DNA of 64,000 nt, from NCBI GenBank assembly GCA_951406725.2, contig OX597823.1, forward strand, positions 117,738,001 through 117,802,000, given 5' to 3'. The notes below the pieces were generated by a model. The model was given only the letters and a program-made list of their open reading frames with translations. It was not told where the DNA came from and searched no databases. This stretch comes from Octopus vulgaris (taxonomy: Eukaryota). Shown here one piece after another: positions 29,005 through 41,052 of this stretch (the stretch's first letter is position 1; each line of letters opens with the position of its first letter). A program made the position numbers and the translations under genes.

Positions 29005-29718
29005 GAATGTATGGTCTTTGGGTTCAGACCCACTGCACGGCACCTTAGGTGAGTGTTTTCTACCCTACTCCCAAGCCAACCAAAGCCTTGTGAGTGGATT
29101 TAGTAAACAGAAACTGAAAGAAGCCCATCATGTGTGTATGTAAGGTGGGGTGGGGGTGTGGTTATGTGTATTCGTGCTTCCTCAACATGACATGGCAGGA
29201 TAGTTGTAAATGAGTGCCACCATCATGAAAGCAGTGTCATTCATTTCCATTCCTTCATGGAAACATGCCCGTTCATTGGGAAATATTACCTTGCTTGGAA
29301 ACAAGTGACGCCTGGTGGTGACACAGAAGGGCATCCAGTGATAGAAAACCAGCCTCAATGACTTCTCTCACACTCATGCAAATATAGAAAAATAGATGGT
29401 TATGACGAACATTCGAGCGAAGCCGTTGCCAGTGCCGCTGGACTGGCTCCTGTGCAGGTGGCACGTAAAATACACCATTTGAGCATGGCCATTACCAGTA
29501 CCGCCTGACTAGCCCCCGTGCCGGTGGCACGTAAAAAGCACCCACTACACTCTCGGAGTGGTTGGCATTAGGAAGGGCATCCAGCTGTAGAAACTCTGCC
29601 AGATCAAGATTGGAGCCTGGTGCAGCCATCTGGTTTGCCAGTCCTCAGTCAAAATCGTCCAACCCATGCTAGCATGGAAAGCAGACGTTAAACGATGATA
29701 ATGATGTTGATGATGATA
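29005..29718 (+). mobile_element. SINE followed by an RTE tail fragment
   Basis: ggttcagacccactgcacggcacctt...gaaactgaaagaagccc SINE body, then an RTE tail at 29415-29718 ending in (TGA)n. Confidence 0.75.
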
Positions 29719-30347
29719 TGTTTAGCTATGTTGATATGTGCATAAATATATATGGATGTGAATTCAGATGACAGACACTTTCACCCATCCAGTTCTTATT
29801 ATCTGCAGTTTAACCATAGGTCAACCTAATCCAGCAGTCTTATGGTGACACAATCTATGGATGACCATCACATCTTTATGTAGAATTGATACTGTTTAAC
29901 ATATCCTTTCAATATTTCTGACAGTATGGTGTGATGTACTGTGATGTGGTATGGTGTAATGCACTACAGTAGAGAGTGGTGTAGTGCATTGTAATGTAGA
30001 GTGGTGTAGTGCAACGTACTGCAGGTTGAAATGTTGAAGGGTAAAGTGATACAATGTGGTGTTGGTGTGGTTAGTGCAATGTAGTGTATTTTAGTGTTGC
30101 ATGCTATAATATGGGTGTTGTGTTATGTAGTGTCATGTGGTGTGAAGTAGTATTGTATACCACATAGTATAATGTGGTGTGTTGCAGTATAGCATGGTGT
30201 AGTATACTGCAGTGTGGTTCAGTGCAATGTTGTGCTATTAGAATAAAAAGAGATTATGTAATTGTTAGGAAGCTCAGGTGGAGGTTTTAGAATACCTGGT
30301 TTTGGGGGATCAAAGCCTGCCATAACTGACTTCACATTTCAATCAAC

Positions 30348-30730
30348 AAGAATCATTAGCACACAAGGCAAAATGCTTAGTGGCATTTTGTCCATCTTTA
30401 TGTTTTGAGTTCAAATTCTGCCAAGGTCAACTTTGCCTTTCATCCTTTTGGAATTGATGAAATAAGTATCAGTTATGCACTGGAACTGATGTAATCAACT
30501 TGCTCCATCCCCCAAAATTTCAGGCCTTGTGCCTACAGTAGAAAGGATTATTATTATTATTATTAGTGGCATTTCATCCATCTTTACATTCTGAGTTTGA
30601 ATTCCGCTGAAGCCAACCTTGACTCTCAGGGTCAATAAAATGAGTACTAGTTAATCACTGGGGTTGATGTAATCAACTTGCCCCTCTCCCAAAATTGCTG
30701 GCCTTGTGCCAAAATTTAAAACCATTATTA
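30348..30730 (+). mobile_element. Two tandem SINE copies joined by (ATT)n
   Basis: Same unit as 5333-6523. Confidence 0.8.
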
Positions 30731-32637
30731 CCATCGTTTCTTTCATAACAAATATTTCATTTTTAATTCGCTATTATGCAGTGTTATACATAAGCGTACA
30801 TATTGTACTCAACCTGATTTGAGGTTTACACTTTAAATTTATGCTGATATTATAATAAAGCTTAGTTGATAAATTATTCCTCAACATTTTCAAAAAATTA
30901 ACCTTGTGATTGGCTACAAGAAAAAAAATTACTTTATTTCAGCATAAAATATATGGAGGTAGGGGTTATGTTTCTGTGAGGAGGGTACAGTAGAAAACTG
31001 AAACTTAACATAATTCCGGTGCTTGGGAATTTAGGTTAGAAACCACTCGGTAGCTCAGAGTTTTAGAAGATATTGTCCAGCTCTGTTTCAATGATGACTA
31101 ACCAAGTAGACCTGACCAGATATTCTAGGAACTGTTAAATTATTAAACCAGCCATTATCCATTTCAATACATCTAAATTTCCAAAATTTGAAGAAATACT
31201 ACTGATGCAGTGTTGTCAAACAACTGTAACACTTCCCCTTATCAATGAATAGATATTATTATTTATTAGAACAGAAGGGGTCATAAAAAGGTTAAAAAGA
31301 TTAGTTAGAGATTTTAGAGAATATAGTTTTTTTTAAAATTCAAATCCTAACATAACTGACGTCACATTTCAATAATCCTGCATCAATAAAATGAATTCCT
31401 GTTTGCAACATCCAGAATAGCTCACAAAAGAAAAAAAAAAGAGTAGAAAGCAAATGCATTGTTCTGGGTTGATTCAATCAAGAACAACCTCATCTTTCTG
31501 CCATCAAAAAATATTCCTAGATAATCAAAAGAAATGATTGAATTCCATGAGGGAGAGGACCTTAAAATACACAAACATGCACAATTACTACTTCAACAAA
31601 TGAGCCCAAATTATTTTGATAGGTTTAACACACCAGCTCACCAGTATTTTCATCATAACATATGACAATAAATTATTGAACAAAAATGTTGGCAAAACTC
31701 TTGAGGTTAATGTAAAATGAAGCCTAACAAATGAGGGAACAGCTTTTCCTGCTCACAATAGTTAATCCAATAAATGGTGAAGCCTGTGTTTGTTATCATG
31801 CATCAATGTCTCGGCTGACAAAGAAATTGAGTGAATGACAAACAGTTCTGAAAGCCAAACCTTGTCAATAGGGGGTTGAATGTCAGGGAATGATGGATTA
31901 GGTATAGAAAATAACAACAACAACAACAGCAAATTAAGTTTTAAAACTGCTATTGAGTCAAGAGTAGCCAGTATGATAGAATATAGGTAAATTGAAGCAA
32001 TGACATCATTGATCCACATCAGCTATGTGAATTACAAGAAATATATGAAATTAGTGTGTCCACAAAATAAATAGAGGACACAGGAAAAAAAAGAAGAAAA
32101 AGAAGAAATTAAAACCAGATTTAAAAAAAAAAACGCAAATAAAAAGATTTTATTTGTTTCATTTGGGATTTCTTACCAATTTCTGTAATCTCTCATTAGT
32201 AATATCAGTGAATGATCCCACCTTGCTCCCACCCACCCACATGGCTGTTGGCCCTTCCTCTCACTTTACACAATAAACTTGTTTGTTTAACTTTACTAAC
32301 TGAAAAGAATAAAAACAAATTGAACTAGGAATATGGTTGTTATTGTTGTTATGGGTGTTTGTTGGGAGTCAATTACAGGGATTGTGAAACAGCAGGGAGA
32401 GGGAGGTGTAGTTTTAGTCAGTTCTATTCAAATATTATGGACAGCTGTAACACATGGTTATACCAGTCACATGTAGTAATACAGAGCTACAGCAGTCAGG
32501 TAAAGTAATATATAGTTATACCAGTTGCTTACTGTAACACATGGTTATACTAGTTGTAGTAATACATAAGTATACCAGTTAGGTGCAGTAATAGATGGTT
32601 ATAACAGTTAGTTGTAGTAACACTTGGTTATACCAGT

Positions 32638-33140
32638 ATCATCATCATCATCATTTAACATCCACTTTCCATGCTGACATGGGTTGGACAGTTTGACTGA
32701 GGACTGGCAAGCCAAGAGGCTGCACCAGGCTCCAGTCTGATCTAGCAAGGTTTCTACAGCTGGATGCCCTTACTAACACCAACCACTTAAAGAATGTAGT
32801 GGGTGCGTTTTACATGCCACTGGTATGGGAGCCAGTCAGGTGGCACTGGCATCGGTCACGCTCGAATGATGCTTTTTACATGCCACTGGCACAGGAGCCA
32901 GTCAGGTGGCACTGGCATTAACCATGCTCGAATGGTGCTTTTTATGTGCCACTGGCATGAGTACCAGCCAGGTGGCACTGGCATCGACCATGCTTGAATG
33001 GTGCTTTTTATGTTCCACCAGCATGAGCACCAGTCAGGTGGCACTGGCATCAGTCACACTCAAATGGTGCTTTTTGCATTCCACTGGCACAGGAGCCAGT
33101 CAGGCGGTACTGGCAACGACCCCACTCTACTGATGCTTTT
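32638..33140 (-). mobile_element. RTE 3'UTR/tail fragment with five ~64 bp repeats
   Basis: (CAT)n tail, ggatgccctt core and repeated tgccactggcac...gtcaggtggcactggcatc units. Confidence 0.8.
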
Positions 33141-34313
33141 TATCTGTATTTTATCATGGATCCCACCTGAGTGTTAAAGAGGGTTAGTAGTTCTTTGGGG
33201 ACTCAAGTTGAAGATGGCTGTGTTTACCACAGTATAACCCTTAATCATAGTAAGGTGTCCTTTGTTGCAACCTCAAACATTCTAATTGTGTGTTGTTCTT
33301 GTTCAAAAGGAGGAAGAGGATATGTGTCTTTCCTTAAAATGGTAAGGTGTGCTTTGAGGGAGATCTGACTGTTATTTCTACCAGATCAAATGAGCAAGTA
33401 GAGGAAGGTTTACTGGCTTATGAGTTAAAGCAATGGCTATGGGTGGATATTATTGTTGTTGTTGCTGGAGGGGTTTTGCATAATCAGCCCAATGAACAAA
33501 AAGGAAACAAAACTCAAGTAAAAAAACAAAATAAACAACAAAAGACTGAAACCCTGCCTCTAATGTGGTGGGGAGGGGGTGACAAACAAAAAACCTGGAG
33601 AAAATAGAATTTTTATTTAAAAATATGAAAAAGAAAAAGGAATGGAAATTTAAAATCAAAATTATAGAAAATAAATATGAGAAAGTGCAGAGATGTGTGG
33701 AGAAGAGTAATTGGGGTTGACAAGGGCAACAAGATTAGGAGGAAAGGAGGGTCACTGGGTTGGGAGAACAACAGGGGAGAATGGAGAAAACAATTAAAAA
33801 AGAAAGAAAAACACTATTTCTGACAATGGCGATGGTGGTGGTGTGTAGTGGTGATGGCAGGGTGATGGTGGACGTTGTTTGTATGTTGATGAGTGGTAGT
33901 AATAAGGTGGTTGTGTAGGTGGTGGTGGTGATGGTTGTGTGGGTGGTGGTGGTGGGTGTATGTGCATTGGTGGTGGTGTTAGTGGTTGTGTGGTAGTGAG
34001 GGTGGTGGTAATGAAAAGGGAAGGCAGGAGGGGAGATGAGAAGTAAAACAATCACAACAGTAACAATAACAACCACAGAGAGAGATGGAGAGAGAGAGAA
34101 AGAGAGAGGGGGGTAGCCATTATGCGGTTATGTGAGAATCTTTTTGAACAAAAATTGATCACATGTAGTGAGTGGTAGTGGCAGGTGAGAGAGAGAGAGA
34201 GGGTGAAATGGATAGAGAGAGAAAAAGATGAAGGGAAAAGATAGAAGCCTAAACAGTTGCGTGAAAGAGTGGGAAACAAGATACAAAAGAGAATACATAC
34301 ATTACATACATAT

Positions 34314-34551
34314 ATATTATTGTATTTTGGAATGGTCATGTTTCTTTTTTTCTTTTTTTGCCAAAGAAACACATGCACTATATATTTTTTTTCTCCATTT
34401 ATTTATTACTGTTCTTATCTTATTATTAACTCACGTCCATTGTCCAGAAATAATAAAATAAGAACAGTAACAAATGAGTGAAGAAAAAAATATATACAGT
34501 GCGTGTGTTTATTTGGAAAAAAAAAATGACCATCCCAAAATACAACAATAT
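34314..34551. repeat. Imperfect long inverted repeat (~110 bp arms)
   Basis: tattgtattttggaatggtca...ttactgttcttat versus ataagaacagtaa...tgaccatcccaaaatacaaca. Confidence 0.8.
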
Positions 34552-34607
34552 CTGCTTCAACACACGCTCTCACATACTGAAGCTTGCAAAATGCATTGAT
34601 AAACCTG

Positions 34608-34639
<32 letters not shown>

Positions 34640-34738
34640 GATATATATAAAGTTAATCCAAACATGAAAACACAACAACGCGAGGACGTGGAACAAATAT
34701 AGTATTATTGGACGCTCAGGAAGGAGGGAAGAAGGAGG

Positions 34739-34773
34739 GTTTAACGTTTCGAGTGGAGCTCTTCGTCAGAAAC
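34739..34773 (-). ncRNA. Putative minimal type I hammerhead ribozyme in a short repeat (~34660-34840)
   Basis: Minus strand reads gttt-CTGACGA-a-gag ctcca ctc-GAAA-cg-TT-aaac: core boxes, stem II, palindromic mini stem III and stem I gttt/aaac. Confidence 0.55.
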
Positions 34774-35020
34774 ATAGGAAAAGGAAAGATCCAGAGAAGG
34801 GAAGACAGAGGAAAAAAAATTGCCAACGGTGCACACACGATCCTTTAGACTTAAACATAAGGCATGTTGCTCAACATTATATATATATATATAAAGAAAT
34901 TAAAATGACAAGGGAATAAGAAATGTCATGCACTCCATTAGCTTACAGCTGTTTCTGCTATAAGATGCAATGCACTCATAGTTCAATGCTTGCATAATAC
35001 CCTATAGATTCAAAAGTAAA

Positions 35021-35060
<40 letters not shown>

Positions 35061-35064
<4 letters not shown>

Positions 35065-35349
35065 AATTGCAGTGTGGAAGGTGTTTATAAGCCATTTAAA
35101 AACACACAAAAATCTGTTAGATTCACTTCAACATTTAAATTTAATTTGTCAAAATATTTTCATTGCTTTGTAACCATGACCTTTTCACTGACAAAATTTC
35201 ACGCTGCACAAAATTTTGACAGTCAACAGGTCATGGTTACAAAGGGATGAAAATATTTTGACAAATTAAATTTAAATGTTGAAGTGAATCTAACAGATTT
35301 TTGTATGTTTTTAAATGGCTTATAAACACCTTCCACACTGCAATTGTTT
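35061..35349. repeat. Near-perfect long palindrome (~135 bp arms) next to (TA)n
   Basis: aaacaattgcagtgtggaaggtgtttataagccatttaaaaac...gtttttaaatggcttataaacaccttccacactgcaattgttt. Confidence 0.93.
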
Positions 35350-35526
35350 TTGTTTCAGCACACAATCTCATATCAAGTCACTTGCTATGCAAGTATATTT
35401 CTGTAATATATATATATATATATAGCCTCGCCTAGTATTACATATTATATATAATTCATTAGTTATTGTTGTCTATCGATCAGCCTCGATTTTTCGTGGG
35501 GTGCGCCCGCACTCCCACCCCCTCCA

Positions 35527-36710
35527 CCGTTGCAGGAAGCCTTAAATTTTCTCATCCTTGTTGACTCCCATGTACACTTCAAAGTCTTACACCGCCTCCA
35601 CCGCTACAGGAAGTCCTAAATTTTCTCATCCTTGTTGTCTCCCATGTACACTTCAAAGTCTTACACCGCCCCCACCGCTACAGGAAGTCCTAAATTTTCT
35701 CATCCTTGTTGTCTCCCATGTACACTTCAAAGTCTTACACCGCCCCCACCGCTACAGGAAGTCCTAAATTTTCTCATCCTTGTTGTCTCCCATGTACACT
35801 TCAAAGTCTTACACTGCCCCCACCGCTACAGGAAGTCCTAAATTTTCTCATCCTTGTTGTCTCCCATGTACACTTCAAAGTCTTACACCGGCCCCACCGC
35901 TACAGGAAGTCCTAAATTTTCTCATCCTTGTTGTCTCCCAAGTACACTTCAAAGTCTTACACCGCCCCCACCGCTACAGGAAGTCCTAAATTTTCTCATC
36001 CTTGTTGTCTCCCATGTACACTTCAAAGTCTTACACCGCCCCCACCGCTACAGGAAGTCCTAAATTTTCTCATCCTTGTTGTCTCCCATGTACACTTCAA
36101 AGTCTTACACCGCCCCCACCGCTACAGGAAGTCCTAAATTTTCTCATCCTTGTTGTCTCCCATGTACACATCAAAGTCTTACACCGCCCCCACCGCTACA
36201 GGAAGTCCTAAATTTTCTCACCCTTGTTGTCTCCCATGTACACTTCAAAGTCTTACACCGCCCCCACCGCTACAGGAAGTCCTAAATTTTCTCATCCTTG
36301 TTGTCTCCCATGTACACTTCAAAGTCTTACACCGCCCCCACCGCTACAGGAAGTCCTAAATTTTTTCATCCTTGTTGTCTCCCATGTACACATCAAAGTC
36401 TTACACCGCCCCCACCGCTACAGGAAGTCCTAAATTTTCTCATCCTTGTTGTCTCCCATGTACACTTCAAAGTCTTACACCGCCCCCACCGCTACAGGAA
36501 GTCCTAAATTTTCTCATCCTTGTTGTCTCCCATGTACACTTCAAAGTCTTACACCGCCCCCACCGCTACAGGAAGTCCTAAATTTTCTCATCCTTGTTGT
36601 CTCCCATGTACACTTCAAAGTTTTACACCGCCCCCACCGCTACAGGAAGTCCTAAATTTTCTCACCCTTGTTGTCTCCCATGTACACTTCAAAGTCTTAC
36701 GCCACCCCCA
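35527..36710 (+). repeat. 16 x 74 bp tandem repeat (minisatellite) upstream of the RTE ORF
   Basis: Unit ccgctacaggaagtcctaaattttctcatccttgttgtctcccatgtacacttcaaagtcttacaccgccccca. The ORF track recurs every 74 nt. Confidence 0.97.
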
Positions 36711-36817
36711 CCTCCTTCCATAAAAGGTAGTGGTCATTCATTGAAAGATACACTTCAAAGTCTTATGCCACCTGCACCTCCTTCCATAAAAGGTAGTGGT
36801 CATTCATTGCAAGATAT
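36711..36817 (+). repeat. ~1.6 copies of a related 66 bp unit
   Basis: cctccttccataaaaggtagtggtcattcattg occurs at 36711 and 36777. It shares tacacttcaaagtctta with the 74-mer. Confidence 0.85.
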
Positions 36818-36863
36818 GTTAGTGTAACGTACGCGGTTTGAACTTGAGTTTTATTGTCTGTCT

Positions 36864-39800
36864 ATGAATCCTGCCATACGCGAGTTTTCTTCTTTTCAGG
36901 TTCATGATGCTACTAGGTCCATTACCTCCCACTCCCTCAGGGTTGGCACCCTCAAAGTTGGCACACTGAAAGGCAGATCTGGCGAGATCGTTGAATTGCT
37001 TGAACGGAGGTGTGTGGATATATGCTGTATTCAAGAGGTGAGGTGGAGAGGAGGTTCTGCTAGGTTCCTCACAGGTAAAGGACAGAGGTACAAGATTTTC
37101 TGGGCTGGGAATACTGAAGGGGTCGGGTGAGTGGGTATGCTTATTGCCAAAAAATGGGTAGATAAGGTAATTGAGGTAGTCAGAGTATGTGACAGAATAC
37201 TGAAGATTAGATTAGTGCTCCATCATAGTATAGCAACTATTATATCGGCCTATGCCCCTCAGCCAGGGCTACCCGATGGACCGAAAGACCGTTTCTATGA
37301 CACCCTACTGCAGACCACCTCATTGACGAACGACAGGGACCTTCTCTTTGTGGCTGGTGATTTCAATGGGCATGTTGGACGACATGCTGGGGGCTTCCAT
37401 GGCGTACATGGAGGCTACGGTTATGGTTCCCGCAACGAGGAGGGAACCAGGCTGCTGGAGTTCTGCGATGCGAATAGTCTTATGGTTTGCAACACTAACT
37501 TCAGGAAACCGACAAGCCACTTGGTCACCTACCGTTCAGGCCGGCATACTAGCCAAATCGACTACATCCTTGCCAGAAAAAGGGAAAGATAGCTGCTTAT
37601 AAATGCCAAAACCTTCCCAGGCGAAGAATGTACCCCACAACATAGACTGGTAGTCAGTGACTTTAGGATCAGGACTAAGAGGACGACTAGAAGACGACCA
37701 ACATGGAGAAGAAGGGTCTGGAAGCTTAAAGACCCTGCAAATGGACAGAGATTTAGAGACATGTTACTTGAAGCCTTCGACGAAATAGAAGGGGGTATAG
37801 CTACACATGGGGTAGAAGATAACTGGGCATTTCTAAGGGACAACCTGCTGAAAGCCACTGACCAGATTTGTGGCTGGTGCAAAGTCCCCTCAAGACCCAA
37901 AATAACGTGGTGGTGGAACAATATTGTTGACAGGGCTATTAGACAAAAGAAACAGGCTTGGAAGGACTGGAAGAACGGTGGTAGCAGGGAAGTGTATCAG
38001 ACTGCAAGAAGGGAAGCTAGGAGGCAGGTTTATTTAGCCAGAGGGGAAGCAGATAAGAAAAAATTTGCCAATGTCCTGCGCCGTGAGGATGAAAAACTTG
38101 ATGTATTTCGTGTTGCAAGACAGTGTGTGAGAGAGAATCGTGACATGGTAGGAGAGAAATGTGTTTGCATGGATGACGGCTCACTTGCGCTAAATGAGGA
38201 TGTGAAGAGAGAGGTTTGGAGACGCCACTATGAAAGGTTGTTGAATGAGGAAAATGAATGAGATAAAGAGAGTCTGCCGAATGTGGACCCAACAGAGGGA
38301 CCAGCAATCTGGGTTAACAGTTCCTTAGTAGTTAAGGCAATTACAAGCATGAAAACAGGGAAGGCCCCTGGCCCATCAGGAATTACTGCAGAGATGCTCA
38401 AAACATCTGGTAGTGTTGGCTATAGCCTAGTCACCCGTATAGTAAACCAGGTGATACACGAAGGAGTCATACCCAATGACTGGTGTAGCAGCATAATAGT
38501 TAACTGCTACAAAGGTAAAGGTGACGCTCTAGATACAAATAACTACAGGGGTATCAAGCTGCTGGATCAGGTAATGAAGGTCACGGAAAGGGTTATAGCC
38601 CAACTAATTAGAGAGAGAGTTAGCTTAGATGAGATGCAGTTTGGGTTCATGCCAGGGAAAAGTACTACTGATGCTATATTCCTGGTAAGACAGCTGCAGG
38701 AGAAATACCTAGCCAAAGACAAGCCCCTATACCTGGCTTTTGTTGATATGGAGAAAGCCTTCCACAGGGTCCCCCGATCCCTTATCTGGTGGTCAATGAG
38801 GAAACTAGGGATAGATGAATGGTTAGTGAGAGCTGTACAAGCAATGTACAGAGACGCTGCAAGTAAGGTGAGGGTTAGCATCGAGTACAGTGAAGAATTC
38901 AGGGTAGAGGTTGGGGTCCACCAAGGTTCAGTCCTCAGTCCCCTCCTATTTATCATAGTCCTCCAGGCAATAACGGAGGAATTCAAGACAGGATGCCCCT
39001 GGGAGCTCCTATATGCTGATGACCTTGCTCTAATTGCTGAGTCTCTATCAGAACTGGAGGAGAAGTTTCAGGTGTGGAAGCAAGGTTTAGAATTGAAGGG
39101 CCTTAGAATCAACCTAGCCAAAACCAAAGTCCTAATAATTAGGAAGGTAGACCAATCACAAACGCCTTCAGATAGATGGCCCTGCTCGATCTGGAAAAAA
39201 GGTGTAGGTAGAAACTCTATAAGATGCACCAAATGTAAGCTATGGACACATAAGAGATGTAGTAATGTCAAAGGAAGACTAACTAGGAAAATAGTTTTTA
39301 TCTGTGGCAGATGCTCAGGAGCAATAAACTCTGAAAATATGCAGAGACCAACTTCTACCACGTTCCAGGGAGAAAAACTAGAAGTAGTTGATAGCTTCCG
39401 CTACCTAGGTGACCAAGTCAATAGCGGGGGTGGGTGTGCTGAAAGTGTAACTGCTAGAGTAAGAATAGCCTGGGCAAAGTTTAGAGAGCTCTTACCCCTG
39501 CAGGTGACAAAAGGCCTCTCGTTCAAAGTAAAAGGCAGACTGTATGATGCATGTGTATGTACAGCCATGCTACATGGTAGTGAAACTTGGGCTGTGACTG
39601 CTGAGGATTTGCGTAAGCTCGCAAGAAATGAAGCTAGTATGCTCCGATGGATGTGTAATGTCAGTGTTCATAATCGACAGAGTGTAAGTACCTTGAGAGA
39701 AAAGTTGGACCTAAGAGGCATCAGTTGTTGTGTGCAAGAGAGACGTTTGCGCTGGTATGGTCATGTGACGAGAATGGCTGAAGATAGTTGTGTGCGAAAG

Positions 39801-39955
39801 TGCCACACCCTGGCAGTTGAGGGACCTGTGGAAGAGGTAAACCCAGGAAAACCTGGGACGAGGTGGTGAAGCACGACCTTCGAACTTTAGGAAATGACTA
39901 GAGACCGAGACCTATGGAAGTATGCTGTGCATGAGAAGACCCGGCAGGACAAGTG
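36864..39955 (+). pseudogene. RTE ORF (APE + RT + PHD-like Cys/His insert), inactivated
   Basis: ORFs starting at 36864, 37131, 37761 and 38283 share one frame, separated by in-frame stops at 37128, 37590 and 38259. Motifs IQEVRW, SAYAPQ, GDFNGHVG, QIDYIL, NYRGIKLL, GVHQGSVLSPLLF, YADD. A 1-nt and an 11-nt deletion near the 3' end relative to the copy at 21400-21555. Confidence 0.93.
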
Positions 39956-41052
39956 AGAACAGTCAAAATCAAAATCAAACCAAATCAAATCAGATATCAG
40001 AAAGCAGAACCAAAATTGAGGTCGATCAACATCAGTGGAAATTGCAGCTGTGGTTAAGCGAACCATCCGATCATGGCCGTTGCCGGCGCCGCCCCGTCTG
40101 GCCTCCATGCCGGTGGCACGTAAAAGCACCATCCGTTCGTGGCCGTTTGCCAGCTCCGTCTGGCACCTGTGCGGGTGGCACGTAAAAAGCACCCACTTCA
40201 CTCACGGAGTGGTTGGCGTTAGGAAGGGCATCCAGCCGTAGAAACACTGCCAGATCAGACTGGGTCTGATGCAGCCTTCCGGCTTCACAGTCCCCAGTTG
40301 AATCGTCCAACCCATGCTAGCATGGAAAACGGATGTTAAATGATGATGATGATGATGATGATACATGCATGCAATGCACACACATACACAGGAGAGGGAG
40401 AAGGATAGGAAATCTTGGAACATTCAAGTAAAACAATGGTTTCCAAATGATGTGGCATGCCTTATTGATGAAGCAGAAGAGGATAGCAGGTGAGGTGGAA
40501 TGATTGAAAGACAATCAAAAGACTTAGAAACAAAAAAATTCATAAGCCAAAAAGAAAAAAGGTTTCAAAGTTTAAAATATCATTGGACTCTTTTGGGATA
40601 TACAACTAGAGACAATATTCATGTGTCTCCTCAAAAGTATTATCCATTCTTCTACTGTTCTCTACAACATATTGCTGTGAACAAGAGATTTTTAGTTCTG
40701 ACAAATATCAAAAACCAAAAAAGGAAAGGCTTCTTTGTGTTGATGAAGAGATGAGAGTTTGTTTATTTCAAATTAGGCCTAATATAAAGGAGATTACTCA
40801 TCAAAAACGAGCTAATACCTTTCATTAAATTTGTATGCTTTAATTATATTATATGTTGTGTTATATATTATATCTAACACACTATTAGTCGACATTTAAA
40901 CATTTTTAAAAGTACTTTTTATCACAAAAAATTTGGTGAGGCGCAAACAAATTTTTATTCTGAACATGCAGCCGAGAGAAAAGAAGTTTGGAAACCGCTC
41001 AAGTTAAACATCAACTAGGTTATAATGAGTGCATCAATAAGAATTTACTTAC

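Larger units (their letters stand above)
35480..40362 (+). mobile_element. Near full-length RTE-clade LINE with 5' tandem array and (TGA)n tail
   Basis: Single APE-RT frame 36864-39950, 3'UTR with ~60 bp repeats and (TGA)n tail at 40340-40362. The 5' boundary is uncertain. Confidence 0.88.

Noticed and set aside
35485-35526. HDV-like ribozyme at the RTE 5' end
   Set aside because: A small GC-rich hairpin exists, but I could not build the nested double pseudoknot by eye. A structure-descriptor search would be needed.
35527-36710. 74 bp array next to a reverse transcriptase as a CRISPR-like array
   Set aside because: Units are contiguous and near-identical with no unique spacers, there are no cas genes, and the context is eukaryotic. 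The repeated 69 aa ORFs are artefacts of the 74 nt period.
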